Shown: piece by piece, positions 11,278 through 24,281 of the stretch
How the letters are laid out: each line of letters begins with the position of its first letter
Numbering within the stretch: position 1 is the stretch's first letter
DNA from: Parcubacteria group bacterium
GTDB taxonomy: Bacteria > Patescibacteriota > Minisyncoccia > Phycocordibacterales > UBA2135
Assembly: GCA_016176785.1 (NCBI GenBank)
Contig: JACOWN010000011.1
Coordinates: forward strand, 1 to 43,007
Direction: 5' to 3'
Length of the DNA: 43,007 nucleotides
Notes under the pieces: generated by a model
What the model saw: only the letters and a program-made list of their open reading frames with translations
Told to the model about the DNA's origin: nothing
The model's database searches: none
Program-made: the position numbers and the translations under genes

Positions 11278-12084
11278 CTATGCGCCGAAAAACGCCGACA
11301 CGAGCACGAGAACCCCGAAGAAAATCGCAAACGGCCCCCACGGAATGCGCCGCGCAAAAGAGAGGAGCGCGTGAATGGTCGCGAGACCGAAAAGAAAAGA
11401 GAAGAGAAGACCGACCATTGCGGTGCCGGTGAAAACAAAATTATTGATGTTCAAAAAGATATTGCCGAGAAGCACGATCGGAATGGAGAGCAGCATAGAA
11501 AGGCGGAGCGCCTCGGTGTCCTCAAACCCGCGCATTAAAAGCGCGGAAACGGTGAGGCCCGAGCGCGAGAGGCCGGGCAATACGGCGAGCCCCTGCGCAA
11601 TGCCGAGCAGTATGTCGTCCTTCCACGAAAGCGCCGCGGAGTCCTTTTTCGAGTATCCGATATGCCGCGCCCGTATCTGTATAACGCCCGTTGCAATGAG
11701 AAAAAGGCCGAGCGCGACGGTAAATCCTTCGGCAACGACCGGCACAAAGCGTTCAAAATATATGACGCCGCGCAATATGGCGAATCCGAGAATGCCGCTC
11801 AAAAACGTCGCGAGCGCGAGAAAACGAAGCTCTCCTTTGGTGTGCGGATTGTTCGGATCATAGAAAAAAATGCTCTGCGTCAGACGTTTAACGTCTTTCC
11901 AAAAATAAAGCACCGCCGCAAGTACCGTTCCTAAGTGAAGAAAAAGCGCAAATTGAATGATATTGGACAAACTGCCGAGATTCTTAAAAAAAGTCATCTC
12001 AAGGAACGTAATGGCCCCTTCCGAGCTGATCGGAAGCCATTCGGTGATTCCCTGTACTGTGCCGAGAACAATACTTTCAAACAT
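11278..12084 (-). CDS. uppP: Undecaprenyl-diphosphate phosphatase
   Basis: QGITEWLPISS, LHLGT, AVLPGLSRSG. Confidence 0.9.
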   Translation of the reverse strand: MFESIVLGTVQGITEWLPISSEGAITFLEMTFFKNLGSLSNIIQFALFLHLGTVLAAVLYFWKDVKRLTQSIFFYDPNNPHTKGELRFLALATFLSGILGFAILRGVIYFERFVPVVAEGFTVALGLFLIATGVIQIRARHIGYSKKDSAALSWKDDILLGIAQGLAVLPGLSRSGLTVSALLMRGFEDTEALRLSMLLSIPIVLLGNIFLNINNFVFTGTAMVGLLFSFLFGLATIHALLSFARRIPWGPFAIFFGVLVLVSAFFGA

Positions 12085-12120
12085 AATTTTTAATTGGCCT
12101 ATTGGCCTACATCCTCCAAC

Positions 12121-12158
12121 CTGTGGATAACTCAAGCCAAGGACGGTCCTTTTTCAGC
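12121..12158. repeat. DnaA box + REP-like palindrome unit
   Basis: TGTGGATAA 12122-12130 and AAGGACGGTCCTT 12139-12151; 35/38 identical to the reverse complement of 28729-28766. Confidence 0.85.
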
Positions 12159-12993
12159 CTTTGTTTGTAAGCAAAAGCAGGTTTTTGAACAGCATGGCGA
12201 CGGTAATCGGGCCGATGCCGCCGGGAACGGGGGTAAAAACGCTCGCTTTCTCCGCGCATGCGGGATCCGCGTCGCCCGCAAGTTTTCCTCCCTGTTTACC
12301 CCGCTCTGGCGGGGTTTCGCTGGTCGCCGCATCTAAAATCACGACCCCTTCTTTCACGACATCGGGCGTAATGAGCCCCGCCCTTCCCGCGCCGGAAACG
12401 ATAATGTCCGCATCTTTGGTGTACGCGCCGATGTCAGGCGTTCTGCTGTCAAGCACAGTGACTTTTCCCCCTTCTCGGCGCAACCAAACCGCAGCGGGCG
12501 CGCCGACGAGCCGTCCCTTGCCGATGATTACGACGTTCTTATTTTTAATTGTAACATTATTTCTTTCCAAAATCTCCCGAAGCGCGGCGACAACGGGAGG
12601 CACAATGCGGGACCGCCCGTCTTGAAACATCCGCTGCGATTCCACGGAGAGCATGTCGGGGTCGGCGTGCGGCGGGATGGCGTCAAGCACGCGAGCCGTG
12701 TCAAGCGTGTCCGGAAGCGGCAACTGAACTATAACGCCGCGATTCCCGCCCATTGCAACGCCTTCGACGTCAGACGCAAGACGCAGCGTGGCGATACCGT
12801 CGTCATATCGCCGTTCTTCAACCGTAACGCCGACATCGGACGCAAATTTTTTCTTGACGCTCAAAAATCGCTCCGAAACCGGATTATCCCCGATTATAAA
12901 AACAAAAAGCGTCGGTGGCGCCGTTCTTTCCGCCACCCGCGCTTTGAGCTCTTCTTTTATTTCTGCCGCGATTGCCCTGCCGTCAACGATCAT
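12154..12993 (-). CDS. folD: Methylenetetrahydrofolate dehydrogenase/cyclohydrolase
   Basis: IVDGRAIA, GVIVQLPLP, GRLVGAP, TPVPGGIGPITVAMLFKN. Confidence 0.93.
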   Translation of the reverse strand: MIVDGRAIAAEIKEELKARVAERTAPPTLFVFIIGDNPVSERFLSVKKKFASDVGVTVEERRYDDGIATLRLASDVEGVAMGGNRGVIVQLPLPDTLDTARVLDAIPPHADPDMLSVESQRMFQDGRSRIVPPVVAALREILERNNVTIKNKNVVIIGKGRLVGAPAAVWLRREGGKVTVLDSRTPDIGAYTKDADIIVSGAGRAGLITPDVVKEGVVILDAATSETPPERGKQGGKLAGDADPACAEKASVFTPVPGGIGPITVAMLFKNLLLLTNKG

Positions 12994-14216
12994 TTTTTCA
13001 GTATAGCATCAATTTTTGCGGCAATCTTTTTCATATCTTTTTCTTTCACGCCGCGAGTTGTTTCCGCAGGCGTGCCGAGGCGGATGCCGGAAGGGTCCAT
13101 TGGTTTCCGCGTATCAAAAGGAATGGTATTCATATTCACAATAATCCCCGCTTTTTCCAGACGCTCACTCGCTTCTTTACCGGAGATACCGCGGCCCCTC
13201 ATCCACGTATCAATGAGAAGAAGGTGCGAATCCGTTCCGCCGGAAACAACGCGCCACCCGCGCTTCTGCAGTTCTTCGGCGAGCATGCGCGCGTTTTTCA
13301 CCACCTGTTTTGCGTATTTTTTAAACGCCGGAGTATCCGCTTCCTGAAGCGCGACCGCCGCGGCGGCAATTTGATTCAAATGCGGCCCCCCTTGAAGCCC
13401 GGGAAAAACGGCTTTGTCAATTGCTTGCGCAATCGTAACTTTTGAATTTTGAATTTTACGTTTTGAGTTTGTTTCGGATTTCGGATTTCGGATTTCGGAT
13501 TTTCTTGAAAAGATAATTGCGCCACGCGGTCCGCGAAGCGTTTTGTGCGTGGTCGTTGTCACCACATCGGCGTATTTGAAAGGAGACGGATACGCGCCGC
13601 CCGCGACAAGCCCCGCGAAGTGCGACATATCAACCATCAGATACGCGCCGACTGCATCCGCAATTCCTCGAAATTTTTTAAAATTAATTTTTCGCGGATA
13701 TGCAGTAAATCCCGCAACGATAAGATGCGGCTTTTTTTTCTTCGCCACCCGCAAGAGCTCGGCGTAATCAAGCCGCTCCGTTTTTTTTGAAACGCCGTAC
13801 GGCACTTGTTCCCACAGCTTCCCCGTCGCCGACACGCCGTGTCCGTGCGTCAGGTGTCCGCCGTGCGAGAGCGTCATGCCCATGATTTTTCCTCCGGTCG
13901 GCACGAGCGCAAGGTAGACCGCGAAGTTCGCGGGCGAACCGGAGTACGGCTGAACATTCGCGTGCCATTTTTTAGGAGAAAGTTTGAAAAGTTTAAGCGC
14001 GCGTTCCTCGCAGAGCCGCTCCACCTCATCCGATATTTCATTCCCGCCGTAATAGCGCTTCCCCGGATATCCTTCGGCGTATTTATTGGTGAAAACGGAC
14101 GCAAGCGCTTCGCGCACATCGTCCGACACATAATTTTCAGACGCGATCAAATTCACGACGCGTTTTTGACGCCGCTCTTCCCGCCGTATCAGGCGCTCCG
14201 TGCGTTTGTCTTTCAT
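12990..14216 (-). CDS. glyA: Serine hydroxymethyltransferase
   Basis: LIASEN, NKYAEGYPGKRYYGG, GGHLTHG, TTTTHKTLRGPRG, GIRLGTPA. Confidence 0.97.
   Translation of the reverse strand: MKDKRTERLIRREERRQKRVVNLIASENYVSDDVREALASVFTNKYAEGYPGKRYYGGNEISDEVERLCEERALKLFKLSPKKWHANVQPYSGSPANFAVYLALVPTGGKIMGMTLSHGGHLTHGHGVSATGKLWEQVPYGVSKKTERLDYAELLRVAKKKKPHLIVAGFTAYPRKINFKKFRGIADAVGAYLMVDMSHFAGLVAGGAYPSPFKYADVVTTTTHKTLRGPRGAIIFSRKSEIRNPKSETNSKRKIQNSKVTIAQAIDKAVFPGLQGGPHLNQIAAAAVALQEADTPAFKKYAKQVVKNARMLAEELQKRGWRVVSGGTDSHLLLIDTWMRGRGISGKEASERLEKAGIIVNMNTIPFDTRKPMDPSGIRLGTPAETTRGVKEKDMKKIAAKIDAILKK
13441..13503. repeat. 7-bp-period tandem repeat inserted in frame in glyA
   Basis: TTTGAAT x2, TTTACGT, TTTGAGT, then TTTCGGA x4 (13472-13499). 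Confidence 0.85.
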
Positions 14217-14271
14217 GGGGATGTAATCTGTATATCACACGCGCCGCAAAACACAATCAACGGCCAGACCG

Positions 14272-15396
14272 TTAGGCAATAACTATTTCGCCCTGCGCTT
14301 CGTCGCGTTGCGTAAAACGACGATACCTTCGCATGCCCATTAGCATGCCGAGCCCCGCAAATTCGGTCACCAAATGAGACCCGCCGTAGCTCATAAAAGG
14401 AAGCGGCGTCCCAGTAACCGGCAAGAGCCCGATGTTCATGCCGACATGAATGACGGCGTGGCTCATTAAAAAAATGGCAAAACCAATGCCGAAAAGAGCT
14501 TCAAAGTTCGTGGCGCCGGCCATGGCTGCCGCAATGATGCGCCAGAGAATGACGCCAAAAAAAAGAAAAAGGAGCGCAACCCCGACAAAACCCCACTCCT
14601 CGGCAAACGCGGCAAAAATAAAATCGGTTTGGTACTCGGGCAAAAATTTAAGCCGCGATTGCGTGCCGTATCCGACGCCTTTTCCGAAGAATCCGCCGGA
14701 CCCGACCGCGATCGTTGACTGGTATGCGTTGTACCCCGCGCCGCGAATGTCGGTCAAGGGATGGATAAACGTCAGAATGCGCTGCTGCTGATACTCTTCA
14801 AACACGAATGACCACAGGAACATGAATGCGGCTGCGCCGCAGACGATAACGAGCGCGAGATGTTTCCACGAGACGCCGGCGAACATGATCATGCCGAGCC
14901 ATATCAGAACGATGATGATGGCGGAACCGAAATCCGGCTGCAGAAAAACGAGCGCGAAAGGAACGAATGCATAAAATCCGGAAACGAGAATGTGGCGCAG
15001 ATGCGCGATCTCAATATGCCGCCGCGAAAAATATTTCGCGAGCGTTGCGATAACGATGAGTTTTACGGGGTCGGACGGCTGAAGGGTGAACCCCCCGAAC
15101 TCAAACCAGCTTTGCGCTCCCCGAACCGTTTGCCCGATGATGAACAAAAGAAGCAGCACCAGCACTGAAACGAGAAAGAGCGCGACGATGACCCCGGTGC
15201 GGTTTAAGAATCGCCAGTCCACGGTGCTCGCCACAAAAAAAACGGCGACTGCGATGCCGAGCCACGCGATCTGCCTGCTGAAAAAATAATCCTCGCCGAC
15301 AAACGAGTTCATCGTAACAAGCCCCGCTCCGACGATCGGGAACAGGGCGGCAAAAAGGATCCAATCAATGGGGCTAGAGGCGAGAAACCGTGACAT
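14272..15396 (-). CDS. rodA: SEDS family peptidoglycan glycosyltransferase RodA
   Basis: GAQSWF, QPSDPVK, QPDFGS, GSGGFFGKG, LPEYQTDFIF, LPFMSYGGS. Confidence 0.9.
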   Translation of the reverse strand: MSRFLASSPIDWILFAALFPIVGAGLVTMNSFVGEDYFFSRQIAWLGIAVAVFFVASTVDWRFLNRTGVIVALFLVSVLVLLLLFIIGQTVRGAQSWFEFGGFTLQPSDPVKLIVIATLAKYFSRRHIEIAHLRHILVSGFYAFVPFALVFLQPDFGSAIIIVLIWLGMIMFAGVSWKHLALVIVCGAAAFMFLWSFVFEEYQQQRILTFIHPLTDIRGAGYNAYQSTIAVGSGGFFGKGVGYGTQSRLKFLPEYQTDFIFAAFAEEWGFVGVALLFLFFGVILWRIIAAAMAGATNFEALFGIGFAIFLMSHAVIHVGMNIGLLPVTGTPLPFMSYGGSHLVTEFAGLGMLMGMRRYRRFTQRDEAQGEIVIA

Positions 15397-16147
15397 TGAG
15401 GCGTGGAATAATGTCTATGCGCACCGGCCGTTCTGAAAATGGCGCGGGCCACAAAAACGTGATGCCGCGCTCGCTTTCGCGCGGAAGAAGGTCAACCTCG
15501 GTCTTTCCCACGGCAATGACCGTCTCGCGAGCGTCAAAGAGCAACGCAACGACCGTTATGCCGCGCGCGTCAACGAGCGACTGATTTGCGAGCGTTGCCG
15601 TAAGGCGCGGCTTTCCGTCCCTGTCATCCATGCGTTGATTCCGGACGGCGATGGTCGGTTTTTCGACGGCTGCCGTCCGCCAGCCGGTCTCCCCCTCGGC
15701 GGTGAAAAATATCCGCTGCGGAACGCGGGCGCCCGTTCCGATGCGCGGTTCGTAGACGGCAAATTGCTCATTGGGATTCGCGAACGTTTCGCCGCGGCGT
15801 TCCGCGATCAAGATATTTTCTGCGTCGTACAGTTTGAAGGAATACGCGAACTGCGGGAGTCCGGCGAGCGGGTTGGGATTTTCAACGAGCGCCACGGCGT
15901 CATAGACGCCGTCGCCGACGCGCGCAAACCGGCTCCATAATACAACGAGGTCCGCCACGCGGCTTTCGCAGACGGCGGAACACGGCCCGCCGCAGTCAAT
16001 ACCTTCTTCCCCTTGGTTCTGAATGCCGTCCGTGCAGCTCGCCGGACGATTGAAATAGGAAAAAAGCGGCACGCTGAAGAGCGCGGCCAAAAAACCCGCG
16101 ATCAGCAGAAAGTATACGAGTCGCCGTTGTGCAGCCCAGGAGCGCAT
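15374..16147 (-). CDS. Membrane-anchored hypothetical protein with Cys-rich motif
   Basis: N-terminal TM helix, CTDGIQNQGEEGIDCGGPC, beta-rich C-terminal part. Confidence 0.8.
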   Translation of the reverse strand: MRSWAAQRRLVYFLLIAGFLAALFSVPLFSYFNRPASCTDGIQNQGEEGIDCGGPCSAVCESRVADLVVLWSRFARVGDGVYDAVALVENPNPLAGLPQFAYSFKLYDAENILIAERRGETFANPNEQFAVYEPRIGTGARVPQRIFFTAEGETGWRTAAVEKPTIAVRNQRMDDRDGKPRLTATLANQSLVDARGITVVALLFDARETVIAVGKTEVDLLPRESERGITFLWPAPFSERPVRIDIIPRLNVTVSRL

Positions 16148-16235
16148 AGTGAGGAGCGTATTCTTTCATAGTAGCAAAAGAGGGCGCTCCCCGCCAAATG
16201 CGGCTATCATCGCCCCAACTTTTTTGAAATCTTTG

Positions 16236-16342
<107 letters not shown>

Positions 16343-16415
16343 CAAAGATTTCAAACAAATTCAAAACGAGGGCGCTCTGCCGCATCGTGCGGCGTGCTTC
16401 CCTCATTTCCTAACA

Positions 16416-19507
<3,092 letters not shown>

Positions 19508-19686
19508 TATTAGGAAATGAAGAAATCACGAACGACGCCTCCACTTCCCTTTTGTCAACGTCCTTTCCTGTCGCCCTTTCTGGAATTAAAAAACCGCCGA
19601 AGGGCGGTGAACCGACCACTACAAAACATCGGGTCTTAATCACCGCTTTTTTCTTGCTGATTATATGTCTTCATCATGTCCCCTCC

Positions 19687-19714
19687 ATTATAGCCGAGGC
19701 GAATATAATGTCAA
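19687..19714 (-). promoter_or_regulatory. Sigma70 promoter of 23S-5S unit
   Basis: Perfect TTGACA-16 bp-TATAAT; boxA-like GGACGTTGACAAAA at 19550-19563; DnaA box at 19765-19773. Confidence 0.85.
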
Positions 19715-19795
19715 GAAAGTCCGAGTTCGCCGCTTTTTCGCGGCAGTTTCCTCTTCCTGGGGAGTTATCCACAGAAAACGCCGGGGTCCGTATCG

Positions 19796-19825
19796 CAAAA
19801 CCCCGCTGCGTACAGCGGGGTTTTG
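19796..19825 (-). terminator. Rho-independent terminator
   Basis: CAAAACCCCGCTG-CGTA-CAGCGGGGTTTTG. Confidence 0.75.
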
Positions 19826-19844
19826 AGGAAGAAACTTTTTATGT

Positions 19845-20534
19845 CTATCGCTCGTGGGTTATGTCTTTTTGCAGTTTGTTCATGAACTTTCCGGCTGCGT
19901 CCTGTCCGCCAAAGCCAAACGCCAAACCGAGCGCGATTGCAAACGCAACCACGACGCCGGTAAAGAGCGTCTGCGCGAAAAATTCAGCAATACCGAGCTG
20001 TGAAAGCGCGATCAATACGGCAAAAATCCACACCGACCATTTCGCCAAGCCCCCAAGGAGCCCGGCGGCTTCGACTTCGGCTGCCCTCGCCGCACCGACG
20101 ACCAGCTTCCGAAGCGCGTCGCCGATCACCGCTGCGATCAACAAGATAAGCGCGGCGGCAATGACTTGCGGCAGATATGCGAGTACAACCTGCTGCAAAA
20201 AGACGTTTACCTGAGTAAGACCAAGAACATCGAGCGTTGCCACCAAGAAGACGACGAGGACGAACCATTTGACAAGTTCGCCGATGAATCGTCCCGAGTC
20301 AAGCCGAAAACCGGCCCGACCCAATACATCTTCAATGCCGGCGCTGCGAAGCGCAGTGTCGACGCGAAGCGAATGTATAACTTGAGCGACAACGCGACCC
20401 AAGAGCACGCCGATAACCCAACCGACGACAAAGATAACCAAGGCGATCACGAGGCGGGGGACGAAATCAACTGCCCCGAACCAAATCCCTTGGAACGACT
20501 GGGTTAAGACGGAACTCCATGTCTCAAACAACAT
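19845..20534 (-). CDS. TM-helix repeat protein (CmpX/MscS-associated family)
   Basis: FVPRLVIALVIFVVGW and YLPQVIAAALIL repeats, ALGLAFGFGG. Confidence 0.8.
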   Translation of the reverse strand: MLFETWSSVLTQSFQGIWFGAVDFVPRLVIALVIFVVGWVIGVLLGRVVAQVIHSLRVDTALRSAGIEDVLGRAGFRLDSGRFIGELVKWFVLVVFLVATLDVLGLTQVNVFLQQVVLAYLPQVIAAALILLIAAVIGDALRKLVVGAARAAEVEAAGLLGGLAKWSVWIFAVLIALSQLGIAEFFAQTLFTGVVVAFAIALGLAFGFGGQDAAGKFMNKLQKDITHER

Positions 20535-20783
20535 AGGTGGTAAATGCCCTAAAAGAGAGCGGGGTCAGAAAAACGCTTGCCCGGCTTCTCCTTTAGAAAA
20601 AATGCAATAAATTAAGCCTATAACGATGACCGTGCGGGTTCGGCGCTTGCCGCGCGTACTTGCGCACCCACAAATGAAAAAGCACGTTCGACCTTAAGTT
20701 AACGTAGTACTCTATAAATAATACCACCTCTGCCCGGTGGTTGTTGGGATGCCTGTGGATAACCGTGTTCGGCGTGTAAGGCC

Positions 20784-21419
20784 TTATCGCGGCAAGAGAG
20801 GCGGGACGCCGATGCGGTCAATGAGTTTTTCGTGTGGAAAATCAAGAATATCGCGCACAAATTTGTCGTAAATGCCGATGCGATAGAGGAACTCGGTCGT
20901 CGGAAAAACGGCGTAGCGGAGTTCTTTGCCCATTTCGGCTTCAAGAAGACGCATGGCCGGCAGGATATTTTTCCGTTTCAACGCATCGCCGACGATCAAG
21001 AGGTCTATCCTGCTGTAGTCGGCGTGAATAAAAACACCCGTAATGATGAGGAGCTTTATGTTTCCTGCGCCGCGGAAACGGGAGATAACGGAGCGGCGGT
21101 CAAATGTACGGGTGCTGGTGAGAAGAGCCCGAAGCGGCTCGAGGTACGGAAAACGCTCATCAAGCGCAAGGCCGCGAACCCATTTTTTGGCAGTCGCCGC
21201 ATTTTTGCCGCGCTTTTTCTGTATCTTGCGGATCACGCTCTGCCGCTTGATAAACCCGACGGAATGGAGCCGCGCGAGCTCGCGGCGCGCAATCTGGCTT
21301 TCAACTTTGCTTTTCAGGCGCACTTCCCCGACCGCGAACACTTCGTGCGGGTTTAAGAGGAAAAGGCGCATGATTTTTACGCGCGCGGGGCTGTCAAAGA
21401 GTTTGCTGAGCGTTTCCAT
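20784..21419 (-). CDS. Winged-HTH plus nucleotidyltransferase-like hypothetical protein
   Basis: LSKLFDSPARVKIMRLFL HTH start; TGVF...IDLLIVGD, LEAEMGKELRY. The upstream ORF extension is repeat-derived. Confidence 0.75.
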   Translation of the reverse strand: METLSKLFDSPARVKIMRLFLLNPHEVFAVGEVRLKSKVESQIARRELARLHSVGFIKRQSVIRKIQKKRGKNAATAKKWVRGLALDERFPYLEPLRALLTSTRTFDRRSVISRFRGAGNIKLLIITGVFIHADYSRIDLLIVGDALKRKNILPAMRLLEAEMGKELRYAVFPTTEFLYRIGIYDKFVRDILDFPHEKLIDRIGVPPLLPR

Positions 21420-21477
21420 TGCACCTATTGTACGTTCCGTGTCCGCAGGTGTCATGTTGCATGACGGTGCAAAACAT

Positions 21478-21543
21478 TGTGGAAAACTCGCAAAAGGACC
21501 GTCCTTTTTCAAAAAAGGACGGTCCTTTTTGAGGTTATCCACA
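21478..21543. repeat. Two REP-like palindromes bracketed by DnaA boxes
   Basis: TGTGGAAAA 21478, AAGGACCGTCCTT 21494, AAGGACGGTCCTT 21515, TTATCCACA 21535. Confidence 0.85.
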
Positions 21544-21552
21544 GTTCGCTGC

Positions 21553-21984
21553 TTATTTGAGCGTCACCGAGCCGCCAACGGCTTCAATTTTTTTCTTCAC
21601 CTCCTCTGCCTCGTCTTTCTTAACCCCCTCTTTCAAAACTGACGGGGCGGCGTCAACCAAATCCTTCGCCTCTTTAAGGCCTAAACCAAACGCCTCCTTC
21701 AACACCTTAATGACCTGTATCTTTTGGTCACCGGCTGACGAAAGCTCAACGGTAAAAGACGACTTCTCCGGCGCCGCAGCGGCCTCTCCGCCCACCGCGC
21801 CCGCCATCATCGGCATTGCGGCCATCACTTGCGCCGAAACGCCGAATTTCTTTTCCAAAACCTTTACCAATTCCGACAGATCCAAAACGCTCATCGTCTC
21901 TATTTTTTCGATAAGGTCTTTGAATTTCGCCGGCACTTCTATGTTTTCGTTTTCCGCTTCCGATGTTGTTTTTTCTTCAGACAT
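21553..21984 (-). CDS. rplL: 50S ribosomal protein bL12
   Basis: [34 protein letters not shown]. Alternative start 21993. Confidence 0.96.
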   Translation of the reverse strand: MSEEKTTSEAENENIEVPAKFKDLIEKIETMSVLDLSELVKVLEKKFGVSAQVMAAMPMMAGAVGGEAAAAPEKSSFTVELSSAGDQKIQVIKVLKEAFGLGLKEAKDLVDAAPSVLKEGVKKDEAEEVKKKIEAVGGSVTLK

Positions 21985-22034
21985 AAGTCCCATTCTTATT
22001 TTGACATTTGATAATCGTTCGCGTGTGCCGCGCG

Positions 22035-22556
22035 TTACACTCTTGAACGCGCGATTTGGTCAAGCGCACCGACGAGCGAGCGAAGCGGCCCGTTCAAGAC
22101 GGTGACTGCGCCGCGCATTGGTGCACTCAGAACCCTGACAAACTGGCCGTAGAGCTCTTCACGGCTCGGAATAAGCGCGAGGTTTTTCACCTCGTCGCCC
22201 GTGATGTAGCGCGCTTCAAAAATGCCCCCGACCGGCATCACCGCATCCTCAAGTTTTTTCTGGAATGCGGCAATGTTCTTCGCGGCCGCCATCGCGTCAG
22301 AGCTGTAGGCAAGCGCGATTTCTCCTTCAAGCGCCGGCTCCGTGCCCGTGACACCGGCATCGCTCAACGCGCGGCGCAAGAGCGTTTTTTTCGTTACGGT
22401 ATAGCCGACGCCTTTTTCCCGAAGGCTCTGCCGCATTTCGTTTGCATTGGCGACCGTGAGGCCCTTGAAATGCACGAATACCACCGAGCCGGCGTTCCGC
22501 ACGATATCGCCGAGCGCTTTGACGACCGTTTCTTTTTTCTCGCGTGTGACTGCCAT
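22035..22556 (-). CDS. rplJ: 50S ribosomal protein uL10
   Basis: [37 protein letters not shown]. Confidence 0.95.
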   Translation of the reverse strand: MAVTREKKETVVKALGDIVRNAGSVVFVHFKGLTVANANEMRQSLREKGVGYTVTKKTLLRRALSDAGVTGTEPALEGEIALAYSSDAMAAAKNIAAFQKKLEDAVMPVGGIFEARYITGDEVKNLALIPSREELYGQFVRVLSAPMRGAVTVLNGPLRSLVGALDQIARSRV

Positions 22557-22637
22557 GATGTATCAACCAACAAAAAATGCCCTGCTAAGGGCCGGAGATA
22601 GTATCCGCAACGGCGCTTGCGCGCCGTAGACGGTCGA

Positions 22638-22705
22638 CCTGCCTCGGTGGGGCTGGCGTGTGCGCCGTTTGATCCCGCCCTGCGGGACCCCACTGTCTCC
22701 GGCTG
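22638..22705 (-). promoter_or_regulatory. L10 leader autoregulatory RNA
   Basis: CCGGAGACAGTGGGG...CCCCACCGAGG kink-turn pattern upstream of rplJ. Confidence 0.8.
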
Positions 22706-22817
22706 ATAATCGGAGTATACCGGTATGGCGTATTTTGTCAATTGCGGCTTCGCCCGCCCCCGCCGCATAATGCGGGGAGGTCTCTGTGCCTTACCATACC
22801 GAGAAAGGAAGACGCCC

Positions 22818-23591
22818 GTGAGGATTTCTGCGGCCCTCTTATGCCTTTGCGTGGGTATTCTGTATGGAGTAGCGCCTCAAACTGCGGCTGCACACATCGC
22901 GACATGTCCCGCCCCGCCTTCTTTGAAAAGTTACAAATCGGTCGTTTGGATCGGCGCGTACGACAAGGCGGGGGATGCTTCGGTATGGCACGCCACCGCT
23001 TTTGCCCTCACGCCGTTCTTCTTGGTAACGAACGCTCATGTTGCCGAGGGGTTGAAAAGAGCGGCGGAAGCAAGAGGCAGTACTGCATCAATTACCGGCT
23101 GGATACCGGCAGTCGTTATAACATACGACGCATACCGAACGTCCAACGGCAGCGCAGTGCACACTCCAGACAGATACTTTACCGAAGTGCGCATTGCCCT
23201 CAACGACACGCCTCACGATATTGCCGTGCTTGAAGTTAAGGTGCCGCTTTTTGACATAGAACCGGTTACGTTCGCGCCCCACGGACCGGCAACCGCCGAA
23301 GCTGGCTTTGCCATCGGGCATCCGGAAAACAGCGCGTTTGCCGTCGTTGACCTTTCTTTCATTGCGCCATACAACCCTGCGGAGAACTCAACCATCATTT
23401 ATATTACGAACGCTTCGGGTATTCCGACGCCGTTCGGGCAGGGGTCATCCGGCTCGCCGCTTTTTAACTGCCGCGGCGAGGTTGTCGGCATTAATACGCA
23501 CGTCTTTTCCACCAACCCTATGGGACAAGGAACGCACCACTTTGCGCTTTCGAGCGCCGTGCATTATTGGCGTGAAAAAGTTGGACGATGA
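22818..23591 (+). CDS. Secreted trypsin-like serine protease
   Basis: Signal peptide, TNAHV, DIAVL, GSSGSP catalytic triad. GTG start inferred. Confidence 0.88.
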   Translation: MRISAALLCLCVGILYGVAPQTAAAHIATCPAPPSLKSYKSVVWIGAYDKAGDASVWHATAFALTPFFLVTNAHVAEGLKRAAEARGSTASITGWIPAVVITYDAYRTSNGSAVHTPDRYFTEVRIALNDTPHDIAVLEVKVPLFDIEPVTFAPHGPATAEAGFAIGHPENSAFAVVDLSFIAPYNPAENSTIIYITNASGIPTPFGQGSSGSPLFNCRGEVVGINTHVFSTNPMGQGTHHFALSSAVHYWREKVGR

Positions 23592-23604
23592 CAAAATAGC
23601 AATC

Positions 23605-23632
23605 GGCCGTCGCTTCCGCGACGGCCTTTTTT
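23605..23632 (+). terminator. Rho-independent terminator
   Basis: GGCCGTCGC-TTCC-GCGACGGCC-TTTTTT. Confidence 0.8.
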
Positions 23633-23635
23633 CCG

Positions 23636-23714
23636 CCAAGGACGGTCCTTTTCGAGTTTATCCACAGAAACTGTCGATAAGTTTGTGGATAAAACAGAAA
23701 AGGACCGTCCTTTT
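23636..23714. repeat. 79-bp REPIN-like cassette, copy A (palindrome - 3 DnaA boxes - palindrome)
   Basis: Exact reverse complement of 24193-24271; boxes at 23658, 23672 (1 mismatch), 23684. Confidence 0.92.
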
Positions 23715-23717
23715 TGG

Positions 23718-23970
23718 CTACGGGAGCAAATCTGCCGGATCGGTTGTCGGCGATCCGCAGTTGGTGCAGGAAATCGTATTGCTACCGACGCCCTTCACGT
23801 CAATTTCATTTCCGGAGAAGGTAATATCCGATAACGATACACTTGTGTTTTCCGCATACACTCCCGCTGCCGTCGTGCCGATATTTTTCTCGGTATGATT
23901 GCGGATCGTCGTATCGGACACAGAAACGTTCGCCGCGCCGTTGAGCCGCATGCCGTATTGGTAATTGTTT
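23718..23970 (-). pseudogene. Orphan C-terminal fragment of a beta-helix-like protein
   Basis: IENNYQYGMRL...VSVSDTTIRN...GVYAENTSVSLSDITFSGNEID pattern; no convincing start of its own. Confidence 0.5.
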
Positions 23971-24084
23971 TCAATAAGCGCGCGCGTCGGGGTCAAAATA
24001 AATAACGGCATACCACACCCCGACAGCGACGAGAATGATCGCTATGAATCCGACACCAAATTTGATCGCGGAGCTATTGAACAT
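23971..24084 (-). CDS. 37-aa single-TM small protein
   Basis: MFNSSAIKFGVGFIAIILVAVGVWYAVIYFDPDARAY; upstream TACAAT. Confidence 0.55.
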   Translation of the reverse strand: MFNSSAIKFGVGFIAIILVAVGVWYAVIYFDPDARAY

Positions 24085-24168
24085 GGTCGGGGGGGTTAAT
24101 GTTCACCATTGTAGCGCTTATCCAAGCGAATGAAAGTTTACATTTGCCAGCTTTTGTCACATAAACAA

Positions 24169-24271
24169 AAAAGGACGGTCCTTTTCTGTTTTAAAAGGAC
24201 GGTCCTTTTCTGTTTTATCCACAAACTTATCGACAGTTTCTGTGGATAAACTCGAAAAGGACCGTCCTTGG
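24169..24271. repeat. 79-bp REPIN-like cassette, copy B, plus 24-bp tandem duplication
   Basis: 24193-24271 is the inverted copy of A; 24169-24192 repeats 24193-24216. Confidence 0.92.
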
Positions 24272-24281
24272 CTATTGGTTG

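Noticed and set aside
11998-12060. UppP motif ISSEGA instead of the usual SSxGH
   Set aside because: The other catalytic motifs are intact; a single substitution cannot be judged without an alignment.
21420-21542. N-terminal extension MDNLKKDRPFLKKDGPF, and KDRPF ORFs at 24157-24553
   Set aside because: These are translations of the REP/DnaA-box repeats.
23636-24271. oriC call for the DnaA-box clusters
   Set aside because: No dnaA/dnaN in the window, no clear AT-rich unwinding element, and the clusters are duplicated inside repeat cassettes. It cannot be fully excluded without GC skew.
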